Positions 63,929-64,000 of a stretch of DNA of 64,000 bases are shown in pieces (the stretch's first letter is position 1; each line of letters starts with the position of its first letter). A program made the position numbers and the translations under genes. A model generated the notes under the pieces. It saw only the letters and a list, made by a program, of their open reading frames with translations, was not told the DNA's origin and did not search any database. Where the stretch lies: contig OZ244170.1 in assembly GCA_965216565.1 (NCBI GenBank), positions 192,001 through 256,000 of the forward strand, read 5' to 3'. The stretch is from Bythopirellula sp. (lineage in GTDB: Bacteria; Planctomycetota; Planctomycetia; Pirellulales; Lacipirellulaceae).

Positions 63929-64000
63929 GTGATGTGCGCACTTTTTGACTTCGGTGGGGGAAGGCCCAAGCGCCCAACGGAATATATTAAGACGCTTGGG

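Overview
Chromosomal window from a planctomycete. The 16S rRNA carries the Pla46 signature GGATTAGGCATGCAAGTC, and DUF1559, PEP-CTERM and Planctomycete-extracellular-motif proteins fit Pirellulales. About 1-47 kb is mostly housekeeping: mscL, rluD, a UvrD/PcrA helicase, comM, an ABC exporter cluster, trkAH, cca-addAB, tRNA-Leu(CAG), aroH, a stand-alone 16S rRNA gene, psuK/psuG/nupC and thrC. Accessory elements are interspersed: a RAYT transposase between two REP doublets, a MenA1/MenT1-like toxin-antitoxin pair, three PEP-CTERM genes and a Hint-domain protein lacking its catalytic Cys. At 48-55 kb is an apparent signalling operon: Ser/Thr kinase-START-DUF5939-degenerate cyclase, FHA-EAL, MMPL. 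The most striking structure is at the right end. A complete phoR-pstSCAB-phoU-phoB module (55.9-63.1 kb) with no integrase lies between two ~385-bp non-coding direct repeats (~88% identical by my manual alignment). Each repeat starts with a 3' fragment of tRNA-Leu(TAA) and carries repeated TGTTCCA motifs, suggesting a tandem array of non-autonomous, tRNA-anchored cargo cassettes. All product calls are from motif recognition by eye; no database searches were run.
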